Assembly (NCBI GenBank): GCA_964016885.1
Contig: OZ024742.1
Span: forward strand, 558,001-622,000
DNA length: 64,000 nucleotides
Source: Eledone cirrhosa
Lineage: Eukaryota
Reading direction: 5' to 3'
Position numbers and translations under genes: made by a program. Below the pieces are notes generated by a model. It saw nothing but the letters and a program-made list of their open reading frames with translations. It searched no databases and had not been told where the DNA came from. This document shows positions 1 to 10,728 of this stretch, in pieces (the stretch's first letter is position 1; every line of letters begins with the position of its first letter).

Positions 1-176
1 CTTTGCAGTGGAATGATATGAAACCCCAGTCCCTATCATCTCATTTCTACAGCTGAGTAAACTGGAGGAATGTGAAATAAAGTGTCTTGCTCAAGGAAAC
101 AACACATCACCCAGTCTGAGAATTGAACTCACAACCTTTTGATTGCAAGGCCAATGCTCTAACCACTAAGCCATGT
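1..176 (-). mobile_element. tRNA-derived SINE family S1 (tRNA head plus CORE-like segment), 3' part outside the window
   Basis: Minus strand reads catggcttagtggttagagcattgg (A-box), gagttcaattctc (B-box), then tttccttgagcaagacactttatttcac. Aligns with 34121-34292. Confidence 0.8.
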
Positions 177-204
177 GCCTCCATATATATATATATATAT
201 ATAT

Positions 205-407
205 AACAAAGGAATTGTGGTAAGGAACCAGATGGACCATAACGCACCAGAGTACTCAATACTTAGGGTAGTAGAGTGGGTAATAGGAATAAGTAGGACC
301 CCGACGACAGAGCTCGAGCTGTTTCGACGGCTATTTCTGGACTATTCCGTCCAGAAATAGCCGTCGAAACAGCTCGAGCTCTGCCGTCGGGTCATACTTT
401 TTCCTAT
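205..407 (-). mobile_element. Fold-back element copy 1 (probable Penelope-like terminal fragment) with ~60-bp inverted arms
   Basis: Arms ~283-342 and 349-407 around loop tattcc, flanked by (TA)n. Homologous to 18372-18570 and 46976-47119. Confidence 0.65.
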
Positions 408-426
408 ATATATATATATATATATA

Positions 427-560
427 TCATCATCATTTAACATCCATTTTCCTTGCTAGCATGAGTTTGACAAGTTGTCCCATTGTGAGACAAGCCAGGT
501 CAGATGTTCATGTGTTGCTTATGTAAAACTGTTTCTGGCTTGGTTTCTATGAAGGACCAG
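427..560 (-). mobile_element. Degenerate RTE/SINE 3' tail
   Basis: catcatcatttaacatccattttccttgctagcatg is the reverse complement of the shared RTE 3' stem-loop plus (GAT)n tail. Confidence 0.6.
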
Positions 561-671
561 CCATCAGAGATGGTTCTTCCACAACAACAACAATAGTAAC
601 AAGATATTCTGAGGGGGTAAAAACAAGAAAAAAAACCATAAAAACTGAAAACTCCTTAAAAAACGAGTTAC

Positions 672-758
672 CTTCTTGGAGGTCATCATTTCTATTGTCT
701 GGTACCAGCAATTACATTGTTCTTGAAGTAGTTGGCCCCAGTGACTTCCACAAAAGAC
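672..758 (-). CDS. Candidate host-gene exon, 87 nt (VFCGSHWGQLLQEQCNCWYQTIEMMTSKK in the only stop-free frame)
   Basis: Minus strand has acceptor ttctctttccttctcttcag| and donor AAG|gtaact; length is a multiple of 3. No homology recognised. Confidence 0.35.
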
Positions 759-824
759 CTGAAGAGAAGGAAAGAGAAATATATTTTCACAGTGAGATAA
801 CAGTTTAAAACAATCTAACATTAA

Positions 825-962
825 TGGTGGTGGTAGTGGTGGTAGTGGTGGTGGTAGTGGTGGTGGTAGTGGTGGTGGTGGTGGTGGTGGTGGTGGTGGT
901 GGTGGTGGTAGGTGGTGGTGGTGGTGGTGGTAGTGGTGGTGGTGGTAGTAGCGGTGATGATG
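825..962. repeat. (GGT)n microsatellite
   Basis: Direct inspection. Confidence 0.95.
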
Positions 963-1091
963 ATGTCGATAATTCTAATTGTGTCCAACAGAGGCAACAG
1001 TAAAGTGCGAGAGGCTTAGAGAAGATGTGAGAAGGAAGCTAGCAACAACAGCAAGGTATTTACTGTCAGTTGGCCACTACAGCAGCTTAGA

Positions 1092-1280
1092 TAATAATTG
1101 TTTCTACTTTTGGCACAAGGCCAGCAATTACCCAGTACATTACTGGTACTTTATTTTATCGACCCCGTAAGGATGAAAGGCAAAGTTAACCTAAGCGGGA
1201 TTTGAACTCAGATCATAAAGGGGGGTAACTCTATGCTTCAAAGCATGGCGTACGACCCTCTACTAATACTGCCAATCCAA
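1092..1280 (-). mobile_element. SINE family S2 (a partial second copy lies at ~1320-1440)
   Basis: Reverse complement of 20271-20465: B-box gagttcaaatcc, core cctttcatccttacggggtcgataaaataaagtaccag, (TAT)n tail. Confidence 0.8.
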
Positions 1281-1529
1281 ATAATGGAAGTACAAACATA
1301 CAAGAATAACAATTATGATTTTAGGTACAAAGCCAACAATTTTAGGAGAGGAAAATTGATTAAATCAACACCAGTGCATTACTGGTATTTTATTTTATCA
1401 ACCGCATAAGTATAAAAGGCAGAGCTAACCTGAGCGGAGGAGGTGGTGGTAAAGGTGGTCGCGGCAGAGCAGATGTGGAAATAAGAAATATTTTAAAGAC
1501 AGAAATGGGTCTCTAGTGGGAGATGAGAT

Positions 1530-1670
1530 TTAACCCTTGAGCATTTAAACAGGCCATATCCGGCCAGAATTCTCTCATCTCTTTCTGTTGAAACTGGTCG
1601 TAACCGGCAACACATACCAATGTTAAGGTATTGTTCTCAAAATAATTAATATCAAAACCTCATAGATTCG
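1530..1670 (+). mobile_element. Left end of a TTAA-CCC (piggyBac-type) MITE running into the 72-bp satellite
   Basis: ttaa|cccttgagcatttaaac at 1530. The same TTAA-CCCTT end occurs at 16057, 16603 and 20076. Confidence 0.5.
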
Positions 1671-2312
1671 ATATTATGTGAGGTAATTATGTAACATAAA
1701 ACCTTTACCGTGAAAATACAATAGTATATATAGAGTAATGTAAATGTTATGTGAGATATTATGTGAGGTAAAGCCTTTACTGTGAAAATACAATAGTATA
1801 TATAGAGTAATGTAAATGTTATGTGAGATATTATGTGAGGTAAAGCCTTTACTGTGAAAATATAATAGTATATATAGAGTAATGTAAATGTTATGTGAGA
1901 TATTATGTGAGGTAAAGCCTTTACTGTGAAAATACAATAGTATATATAGAGTAATGTAAATGTTATGTGAGATATTATGTGAGGTAAAGCCTTTACTGTG
2001 ACAATACAATAGTATATATAGAGTAATGTAAATGTTATGTGAGATATTATGTGAGGTAAAGCCTTTACTGTGAAAATACAATAGTATATATAGAGTAATG
2101 TAAATGTTATGTGAGATATTATGTGAGGTAAAGCCTTTACCATGAAAATACAATAGTATATATAGAGTAATGTAAATGTTATGTGAGATATTATGTGAGG
2201 TAAAGCCTTTACAGTGAAAATACAATAGTATATATAGAGTAATGTAAATGTTATGTGAGATATTATGTGAGGTAAAGCCTTTACCATGAAAATACAATAG
2301 TATATATAGAGT
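1668..2312. repeat. 72-bp satellite, left block (~9 units)
   Basis: Unit gtgaggtaaagcctttactgtgaaaatacaatagtatatatagagtaatgtaaatgttatgtgagatattat; 24-aa periodicity in the ORF track. Confidence 0.97.
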
Positions 2313-2540
2313 GGTTTCTTTATTTGCCACTAGGGCACAAAAGGTAGGGACAGATACAAGGGGGGTAGTTTACATATAATTAACGAGTACAAAAATATAA
2401 CAATGAAATAACAACAACAAACGAAGTCCTCAATAGGGAGGGGGCATTAACATGGGTCGCACACACCCCGGAAAAAATGTGCAACCCTTCTCCTCAGGAG
2501 CACAAAGAGTAGGTGCTTCCCTCGTCTCCTCTTCTTTCAC

Positions 2541-5500
2541 CTACAGGCTGATATAGAGAGAAGACCCATTCACTCTGGCCATTCTCCCTACTTTCACCCA
2601 CCTTTCATAAAACTTGCTGGGGTAGAGCACCTCTCTCTCCATTCTGATCCTTCTTTTAAAATGGTATTTGAAAAAGGGGACCAGTTGTTGGCCGGAGAGA
2701 AAGGTGTCTGACCTCAGCCCTTTCAGCCTCGTCCACCGTACAACTTCTTTAGCCATGGCTATCACACAGAGAAAAACCGCCTCTCCTTCGTTTTTGAAAG
2801 GGGGAGGCGGTTTGATCGTGACAATGGACTCGGTGGTCAACCGGATTGGTCCCACCCTCGACAGTAGTCGTTCCACATAGCCCCACAGGTCAGCAATGCC
2901 TGGGCAGTGTACGAATGCGTGCGCAACGGTTTCGTCATCATGCACGCATCTCGGACAGATCTTATTCAAAGGATCCCTACCCAGGCTCCCATGCCTGTGG
3001 AGCTTGTCTCGAACGGGTAGAGCCCCTCGGTAGCACTGCCAAGCCAGGGACTTTTGGAAGTTGTCCATCGGTCCAGGGCCAAACGTCCTACCGAACAGAC
3101 TGGCCAGTTCATCTTCCTCCATGCCTAGAGCTTCTCCGAGAGCATCGTCGCACCTGCTGTGTACCAACTCTCTATAGAATGTCGAGGTGGAGTCTCCAGT
3201 GATTGCCGGGTCCGCTTTCCAGAGGGCCGTGAGCGCCTGGGCACATTCAATGTGCCAGTCGCCCACTTTTCTCGGTCTTTGCTTGACCAGGATTGCAGCT
3301 CAGTGAGCGAGACGAGTCTGGGAAAGGCTCGCCTCACAAACGGGGCCCACACCGGTTGACCGGTGAGGAATACCGGGAGGTGCCGTAGACTTAATGCGTG
3401 TTTACGCATCTGTAGCCACGGCATCCCCAGCCCTCCTTTCGAAGGGTGTTGACAGCAGATGGATCTCCTCACCAAAGGGGTCCGCTTGTTCCAAAGAAAT
3501 CGAAACAGCGCGCACTCCATTTTGGCGAGTCTTTTCACTGGGCAAGGCACGACGGTCAAGCGGTAGTAGATGACGGATGCTATATAAGTATTCGCCACCT
3601 CCGCTCGACCCTTCAGGGATAGTTTGCACTGGGCCCACTTCTGGGTGAGTGCAAACACCCTGGCCGTTACCTCGTTCCAGTTTTTCTCCACCTGGAGGTC
3701 TGGTCCGAACCAGACCCCAAGCAGCTTCACCGGGCGCTCCGTCCAGCGTCCGACGACGTCATTGGAGGGCATCGGTTTGCCTCTCCATGTTCCGAGTTGC
3801 AAACCGACGGACTTGTCCCGGTTCAGCTTGGCTCCTGTAAACCTTTCATATTCCTCCAGTAAGGTGCCGATCTCACCGATTTGCGAGGTTTTCGACACCA
3901 TTACTGTCACGTCATTGGCGTAGGCCGACGCCGCTTTCTGCAATCCCGGTTCCAAAGGGATGCCCTGCAACCGCTCCAACTTCCGCAGTAGTGGCTCAAG
4001 AGCCAGCACATACAGAAGGGAGGAGAGAGGGCTTCCCTGTCGGATGGATCGCATGATTTGGAACGGTTCCGAGAGGTGGCCATTCACCTTGACCCTTGAG
4101 CAGACGTTGCTGCTGTGCATCGCAGCAATCCAACCCCTGAAAACGGGTCCGAAGCCTGCCGCCGCGAGCACCACATCCAGGTAACGATGGTCAACCCTAT
4201 TGAAAGCTTTAGATTGATCCAAGTTGATCAGGGCCCCACCAAATCCGGGTTCATTCCCTACCCTCTCTATGATGTATCGCATAAGGTGGAGATTGTCGTG
4301 AATGGACCTGGACGGGATTGCGCATGTCTGCGCTTCTCCCACCAGGTTTCCGACGACAAGTGCCAACCTCTTCGCTAACACCTTGGCCAAAATCTTTAAC
4401 TCTGTATTTAGCAGAGTTATGGGCCTGAAGTTACTTATGTCATCCCCCTTGTTCTCATCCTTCCTCACCAGCGTAACTACGCCCTTGGTCACAGAACTGG
4501 GAATTCTCCCATTCTGCTGCCAGTTGCAGTAGACCGCTTCGAGGATATCGGAGAACAAGTCCGGCATCGCTACATATAGCTCGTATGGTAGACCATCGAG
4601 ACCCGGGGATTTGCGTTTGCCGCATTGGCTCAGCGCCGCCCCTATCTCAGCAGCTGAAATCGTCCTTTCGCAGGACTTCGCCTCCGCGTCCGAGAGGCGC
4701 GGCAGACCGTCGAGGTATGGATTGAAATCCACAGTCTCACCCGGCGCACCGCCCCTCTCGAACAGTCGTGCAAAGTGCCGCTGAAAGGCCGCACACATCT
4801 GCCCAGGTTCAAGGATCACACTCCCATCCTGGTCCTTCAAAGACCGAATTGTGGACTTGTTCCCACTTTTTGCCTCTGTCACTCGGGCCCAGCTAACAGC
4901 TTTGGCTCCCTCATTACCCAGAGCACGTATTTTACTCCTGACAACGCAGCCTTCATGCTTCACCTCAAAGAACTGGTCTAAGGCCATTCTTGATGCCAGC
5001 ACGCCGGCTACATTGCCACTCCTAATCGCCTCTTCTACTCTATCTACTAATTCCCTTTCCGTCTTGTTCCTATCCCTTGCTAATTCCTGACTAAAACCTA
5101 TCGATTCTATTCTAATTGCTCTCTTAAGAGAGCTCCACCACCTGTTGTTGACAATTGCCCCTGTCAAACTCTGCTTAACTAACGTGCTAATCCGTTTACT
5201 GTAAGCTTTCTTGTCGGTAAGGACAAGTTCAGCTTCCAGTAACCGGGTCCCTGTCTATGGGTTCTATCAAGGTTGGCTATTCAGGTCACTAACTTGTGAT
5301 CCGAATAGTCAACCATGAACATTTTTGGACAGCTAAATGTGTCCCTATCCTTCTCTCTAACTAGGACCCTATCTAGGTACGACCTAGATGTTCCGCTGCG
5401 ATTGGTCCACATCCATAGTGGTACAGTCGGAAAATCTAGTCGATATCTATCGGCCAGGTCAAATCGGCCGATTAACCTTTTGAGGCTTTTACACCCCCCT

Positions 5501-5974
5501 CTATTGGCACATGCCCCTACATAGTCCCAACGTGCATCCAGGATACCATTCCAGTCCCCCACTAAAAGCAAGGAGCGGGACGTTCCCAGAAAAGTTTCCA
5601 GACGTTGGAAGTATTCCGGCCGCGCTGCCCAAAAAGGGGCGTACACAGCAATTAGTCTAAGGGCTCCACTTTCACTACTGCCGACGTCTAAAACCAACAG
5701 TCGACCCTCCAGGTCCAGGTGCACCTTCTGTATGGCGAGGCCCAGGTGTTTTCGCAGCAGAACGACAACTCCACCCCCACCCCCCGGTTGACAGAGATGC
5801 GAAGATCTCAAAGTCGTCGAAGAGGGGCGCCAGTTGGTGCTCGCTGCTGATCCTGGACTCGCAAATAGCCATTACATCCATTCTATGCGACCTGAGATCG
5901 TTTAAAAGTTTGCCTTGTTTCCAAGACAGTCCCAGGCCGCGTACATTCAGACACCCAACTCTTATATCAGCCAT
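2541..5974 (-). pseudogene. ORF2: apurinic-like endonuclease, reverse transcriptase and C-terminal CCHC finger; frameshifted
   Basis: APE motifs LNVRGL, VYAP, GDWN, SYLDRVL, SDHK. RT motifs KSPGLDG, FRPITLLN, DQSKAFNRVDH, RQGSPLS, AYAND (YADD mutated). Finger CPRC..ETVAHAFVHCP. Split over 4 ORF-track pieces. Confidence 0.92.
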
Positions 5975-5979
5975 GTTGG

Positions 5980-7715
5980 TTAAAAGAGGAAGGACCTACC
6001 TGTTCGGCTCCTGAGGAGCAGGTTGCACAATATCCATGGGCGTATTGGAGGGGTTGTTTGGTGGGGTGTTGTTCTGTGGTGGAGTGCAGGTGTTTGGTGA
6101 GGTGTGGGGGGGAAACGTTTCAAGAGGACGCGGTTATAGGGTCGAGTACATGTTTTCCCCACGTCCTCAGGAAAGTTCTCTCTTAGTTTTGCATAGGTGT
6201 CCATTGGGAGTCTTATCATTTTTAAATGCGGTTTGTTGGCCGCGCTTGCAAAGAATTGCCCTTCAGTTTCCACCGAAGGGTCTTTGTGTATTGTTTTTAC
6301 TAGTTCTTTGTTATTTGTGTTAATGTATGTATACTGTTTTATTTGTGTCGTGTTTGTTTGTTGTTCTTGTGTGTGCTTACGTTTTGTTGTATGTGTTATG
6401 TTTTGGGGTGGGGCGGATTTTGTTTGTTCTGTTTGTTTTGTTTTTGTTGGTGGTTGTGTGTTTGTTTCGTTTATGTTCGAGTGGTGCTTTCTTTTTTTCC
6501 TTTTTACAGGTTGGAAGGGTCCCCCCCTCTTCGTCACTAGGTGCCGTTTCAGCTGGGTCCTCGTCCGTGCTGTCGGGTAGTGGTGTATTTTGAGGTTTTG
6601 TTGTGTTTGTGTGTTTTTGGAGTTGTTTTGGGTGGGGCCGTGTCTTGTGTTATTTTTCCGTGTTGTTTTTGTTGTTGTGGTGGTGGAGGTGGTGGTGGTG
6701 GCGGTGGTGGTGGTGTGTAGGCAAAAGAGCCTCTTTTTTTGTCAATTGAGGACAGGCAGCCCTTAGATGACCCCTGCTTGAACAGTAGTAACATATGGGC
6801 CTCCTACCCTCGGCTGAAATGTATATAAATGTTTCTCCATCGAGGGACACCCTCTGTGGTATTCTAGCTATTCGTTCTGGTCTCATTTGGACCAGAACCT
6901 CCACGCTCAAACCGCCGAAAACGTCTGTTGTGACTTCTCCTACTGAGAGGATTCCGTCCTCGTCTTCTAAAAATCCTGTTAGTACCCAGGAAATGCATGC
7001 ATTTGCCCGGATTCCGGAGACCCTTATTTTCTGCGTTCTTTTCCCTAAATATGTGGGGAAAAATGTGTGTAGCTTGGAAACAATTGGCGCCACAGAGTAT
7101 TTCCTGGCCGTCAATTGATCCTTCATTAGCACCGTTATATTCCCATAGAGTGGCCCTTTTTGTATGAACGATATATCACTCCACACATTTTTTAGGACCA
7201 GCTCAATTTCTTTTTGGGATAATTGAGCTGGTTTCCTTGTTATGTTGGAAATTGTTCTGAAAGATATCGTTCTTAGTGTCGTGTCTCTTTTGATTTCTTG
7301 TGGGGAGGTGATTGTGAAGTCTCCTCCTTCTTTGAAAGTTACATACTGTTTTGCTTCCTTCATCTTTTCTCTCAGAGTTGTAATGTCCAGTTGCTTGCAG
7401 GTCTGTGTTTTCCGGACCGCCTGTGCAAAGGAGGCACCAGTAGTGGGTTCGCTTTGTTTGGTGCTATCGTTATTTTTTCCTTGGTTGGTGTTAGGACTAT
7501 TGCTGTTATTGTCATTGTTGTTTTTGTCTGCGTTTATGTGACTTTCTGAGTTTTCACCCAATTTTTACAAATTTTTCTTTTAATTCCGTGTTCCATGTTT
7601 CTTTTGCAGAAGTGAGGAGGGAAGACTTAGAGCCTTGTGCTTCTAGCTTCTCTGTATCACCTTTCTTAGGGGGCGTGGCTTTCTCGTTAAGATGAGATGT
7701 GAAAATTCCGTCCAT
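5980..7715 (-). pseudogene. ORF1: gag-like protein with CCHC zinc knuckle; frameshifted
   Basis: CYYCSSRGHLRAAC knuckle, SFAQAVR motif, basic VKRKKRK tail. Pieces 7554-7808, 6650-7561, 6549-6794 and 5980-6537; likely ATG at 7715. Confidence 0.8.
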
Positions 7716-7925
7716 TTCTATTAGTTTGCCATAATAAATTTTTAACTGGAAAATTCGCCCCAAAACGGGGCGAAAATAAATAAACTCAAAGCTTGACGAC
7801 CAAGGCAAGGGGTTAACGTATATTACAGTATAAAAAAATTAATCAAAACTCACTTTTGAGTAAGTAAATCCAACTCGGGAGCCGAGCTTGTTCACACACG
7901 TCAACACACGTCTCTCGTATACGAG

Positions 7926-10085
7926 ATGTTATGTGAGATATTATGTGAGGTAAAGCCTTTACTGTGAAAATAGTATATATAGAGTAATGTAAATGTTATG
8001 TGAGATATGTGAGGTAAAGCCTTTACTGTGAAAATACAATAGTATATATAGAGTAATGTAATGTTATATGAGATAGTATGTGAGTTAAAGCCTTTACTGT
8101 GAAAATACAATAGTATATATAGAGTAATGTAAATGTTATGCGAGATATTATGTGAGGTAAAGCCTTTACAGTGAAAATATAATAGTATATATAGAGTAAT
8201 GTAAATGTTATGTGATATATTATGTGAGGTTAAGCCTTTACAGTGAAAATATAATAGTATATATAGAGTAATGTAAATGTTATGTGAGATATTATGTGAG
8301 GTAAAGCCTTTACTGTGAAAATAGTATATATAGAGTAATGTAAATGTTATGTGAGATATTATGTGAGGTAAAGACTTTACTGTGAAAATACAATAGTATA
8401 TATAGAGTAATGTAATTGTTATGTGAGATATTATGTCAGGTAAAGCCTTTACAGTGACAATATAATAGTATATATAGAGTAATGTAAATGTTATGCGAGA
8501 TATTTTGTGAGGTAAAGCCTTGACTGTGAAAATAGTATATATAGAGTAATGTAAATGTTATGTGAGATATTATGTGAGGTAAAGTCTTTACTATGAAAAT
8601 ACAATAGTATATATAGAGTAATGTAAATGTTATGTGAGATATTATGTGAGGTAAAGCCTTTACTGTGAAAATAGTATATATAGAGTAATGTAAATGTTAT
8701 GTGAGATATTATGTGAGGTAAAGCCTTTACTGTGAAAATACAATAGTATATATAGAGTAATGTAAATGTTATGCGAGATATTATGTGAGGTAAAGCCTTG
8801 ACTGTGAAAATAGTATATATAGAGTAATGTAAATGTTATGTGAGATATTATGTGAGGTAAAGCCTTTACTGTGAAAATACAATAGTATATATAGAGTAAT
8901 GTAAATGTTATGCGAGATATTATGTGAGGTAAAGCCTTTACAGTGAAAATACAATAGTATATATAGAGTAATGTAAATGTTATGTGAGATATTATGTGAG
9001 GTAAAGTCTTTACTGTGAAAATACAATAGTATATATAGAGTAATGTAAATGTTATGTGAGATATTATGTGAGGTAAAGCCTTGACTGAAAATACAATAGT
9101 ATATATAGAGTAATGTAAATGTTATGCAAGATATTATGTGAGGTAAAGCCTTTACTGTGAAAATACAATAGTAATGTAAATGTTATGTGAGATATTATGT
9201 GAGGTAAAGACTTTACTGTGAAAATACAATAGTATATATAGAATAATGTAAATGTTATGTGAGATATTATGTGAGGTTAAGCCTTTACAGTGAAAATATA
9301 ATAGTATATATAGAGTAATGTAAATGTTATGTGAGATATTATGTGAGGTAAAGCCTTTACTGTGAAAATAGTATATATAGAGTAATGTAAATGTTATGTG
9401 AGATATTATGTGAGGTAAAGCCTTTACAGTGAAAATATAATAGTATATATAGAATAATGTAAATGTTATGTGAGATATTATGTGAGGTTAAGCCTTTACA
9501 GTGAAAATATAATAGTATATATAGAGTAATGTAAATGTTATGTGAGATATTATGTGAGGTAAAGCCTTTACTGTGAAAATAGTATATATAGAGTAATGTA
9601 AATGTTATGCGAGATATTATGTGAAAGGTAAAGCCTTTACTGTGAAAATACAATAGTATATATAGAGTAATGTAAATGTTATGTGAGATATTATGTGAGG
9701 TAAAGCCTTTACTGTGAAAATAGTATATATAGAGTAATGTAAATGTTATGTGAGATATTATGTGAGGTAAAGCCTTTACAGTGAAAATATAATAGTATAT
9801 ATAGAGTAATGTAAATGTTATGTGAGATATTATGTGAGGTAAAGCCTTTACTGTGAAAATAGTATATATAGAGTAATGTAAATGTTATGTGAGATATTAT
9901 GTGAGGTAAAGCCTTTACTGTGAAAATAGTATATATAGAGTAATGTAAATGTTATGTGAGATATTATGTGAGGTAAAGCCTTTACTGTGAAAATAGTATA
10001 TATAGAGTAATGTAAATGTTATGTGAGATATTATGTGAGGTAAAGCCTTTACTGTGAAAATAGTATATATAGAGTAATGTAAATG
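7926..10085. repeat. 72/67-bp satellite, right block (~31 units)
   Basis: Same unit as the left block; frequent 67-bp variants lack 5 bp (gtgaaaatagtat). Confidence 0.97.
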
Positions 10086-10087
10086 AA

Positions 10088-10210
10088 ATGGGGAGCGAGA
10101 TGGGGGAAAGCGAGAGGGGGGAGAGCGAGAGGGAGAGTGGGGGATAGGGAGACAGTGGGGAGGGGGTAGGGTAGGGGAGAGGGGGAGGGGGAGAGAGGGA
10201 GGGGGAGAGA
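10088..10210 (+). repeat. G-rich polypurine tract (G-quadruplex/triplex-prone)
   Basis: Many G4-G6 runs separated by A. Confidence 0.6.
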
Positions 10211-10551
10211 CATAAATTGTTTTATTTCCTTTTAAAGATAAAACTAATAAAGTAGGCAGGAACTGAAGATAAAACACTTCAAAAGCTAGTTTACAGATGA
10301 ACTACAACACCACCAACACCAAATACAAAACCACCAACACTTCCAACTCCAACACCACCAATATCAACAGTACCATCAAATGTTCTGCTGTGGAACTAAT
10401 TCATTTGTTAAACCAAAATATATTCCATCAACCAACAAATATCTCTTCTTTGTTTCAATGAATTTAATAAAGAAACAACAAACCCCAGCCATTTGCTATC
10501 CGAGGTTTACAGATACATACATACACATATATATATACATACACACACACT

Positions 10552-10595
<44 letters not shown>

Positions 10596-10728
10596 TGCAC
10601 ACATAGATACACATACACGCAGACATACACACATATATACACACATATATATACATAGATACATACATGCACACATACATACATACATACATACATACAT
10701 ACATACATACATACATACATACATACAT

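Larger units (their letters stand above)
2313..7925 (-). mobile_element. Full-length, degenerate Tx1/L1-clade non-LTR retrotransposon (ORF1 plus APE-RT-zf ORF2)
   Basis: Two ORFs 5 nt apart (TAA 5980-5982, ATG 5974); AATAAA near the 3' end (tttatt 2319-2324); sharp junctions with the satellite on both sides. Confidence 0.9.

Noticed and set aside
1652-2330. 211/218-aa repetitive ORFs (and similar ones at 7901-10277)
   Set aside because: Translations of the 72-bp satellite; the 67-bp variants break the frame.
2668-7549. Many plus-strand ORFs over the Tx1 element
   Set aside because: Antisense shadows of LINE coding sequence with no recognisable motifs. The same applies to ORFs antisense to the RTE copies.
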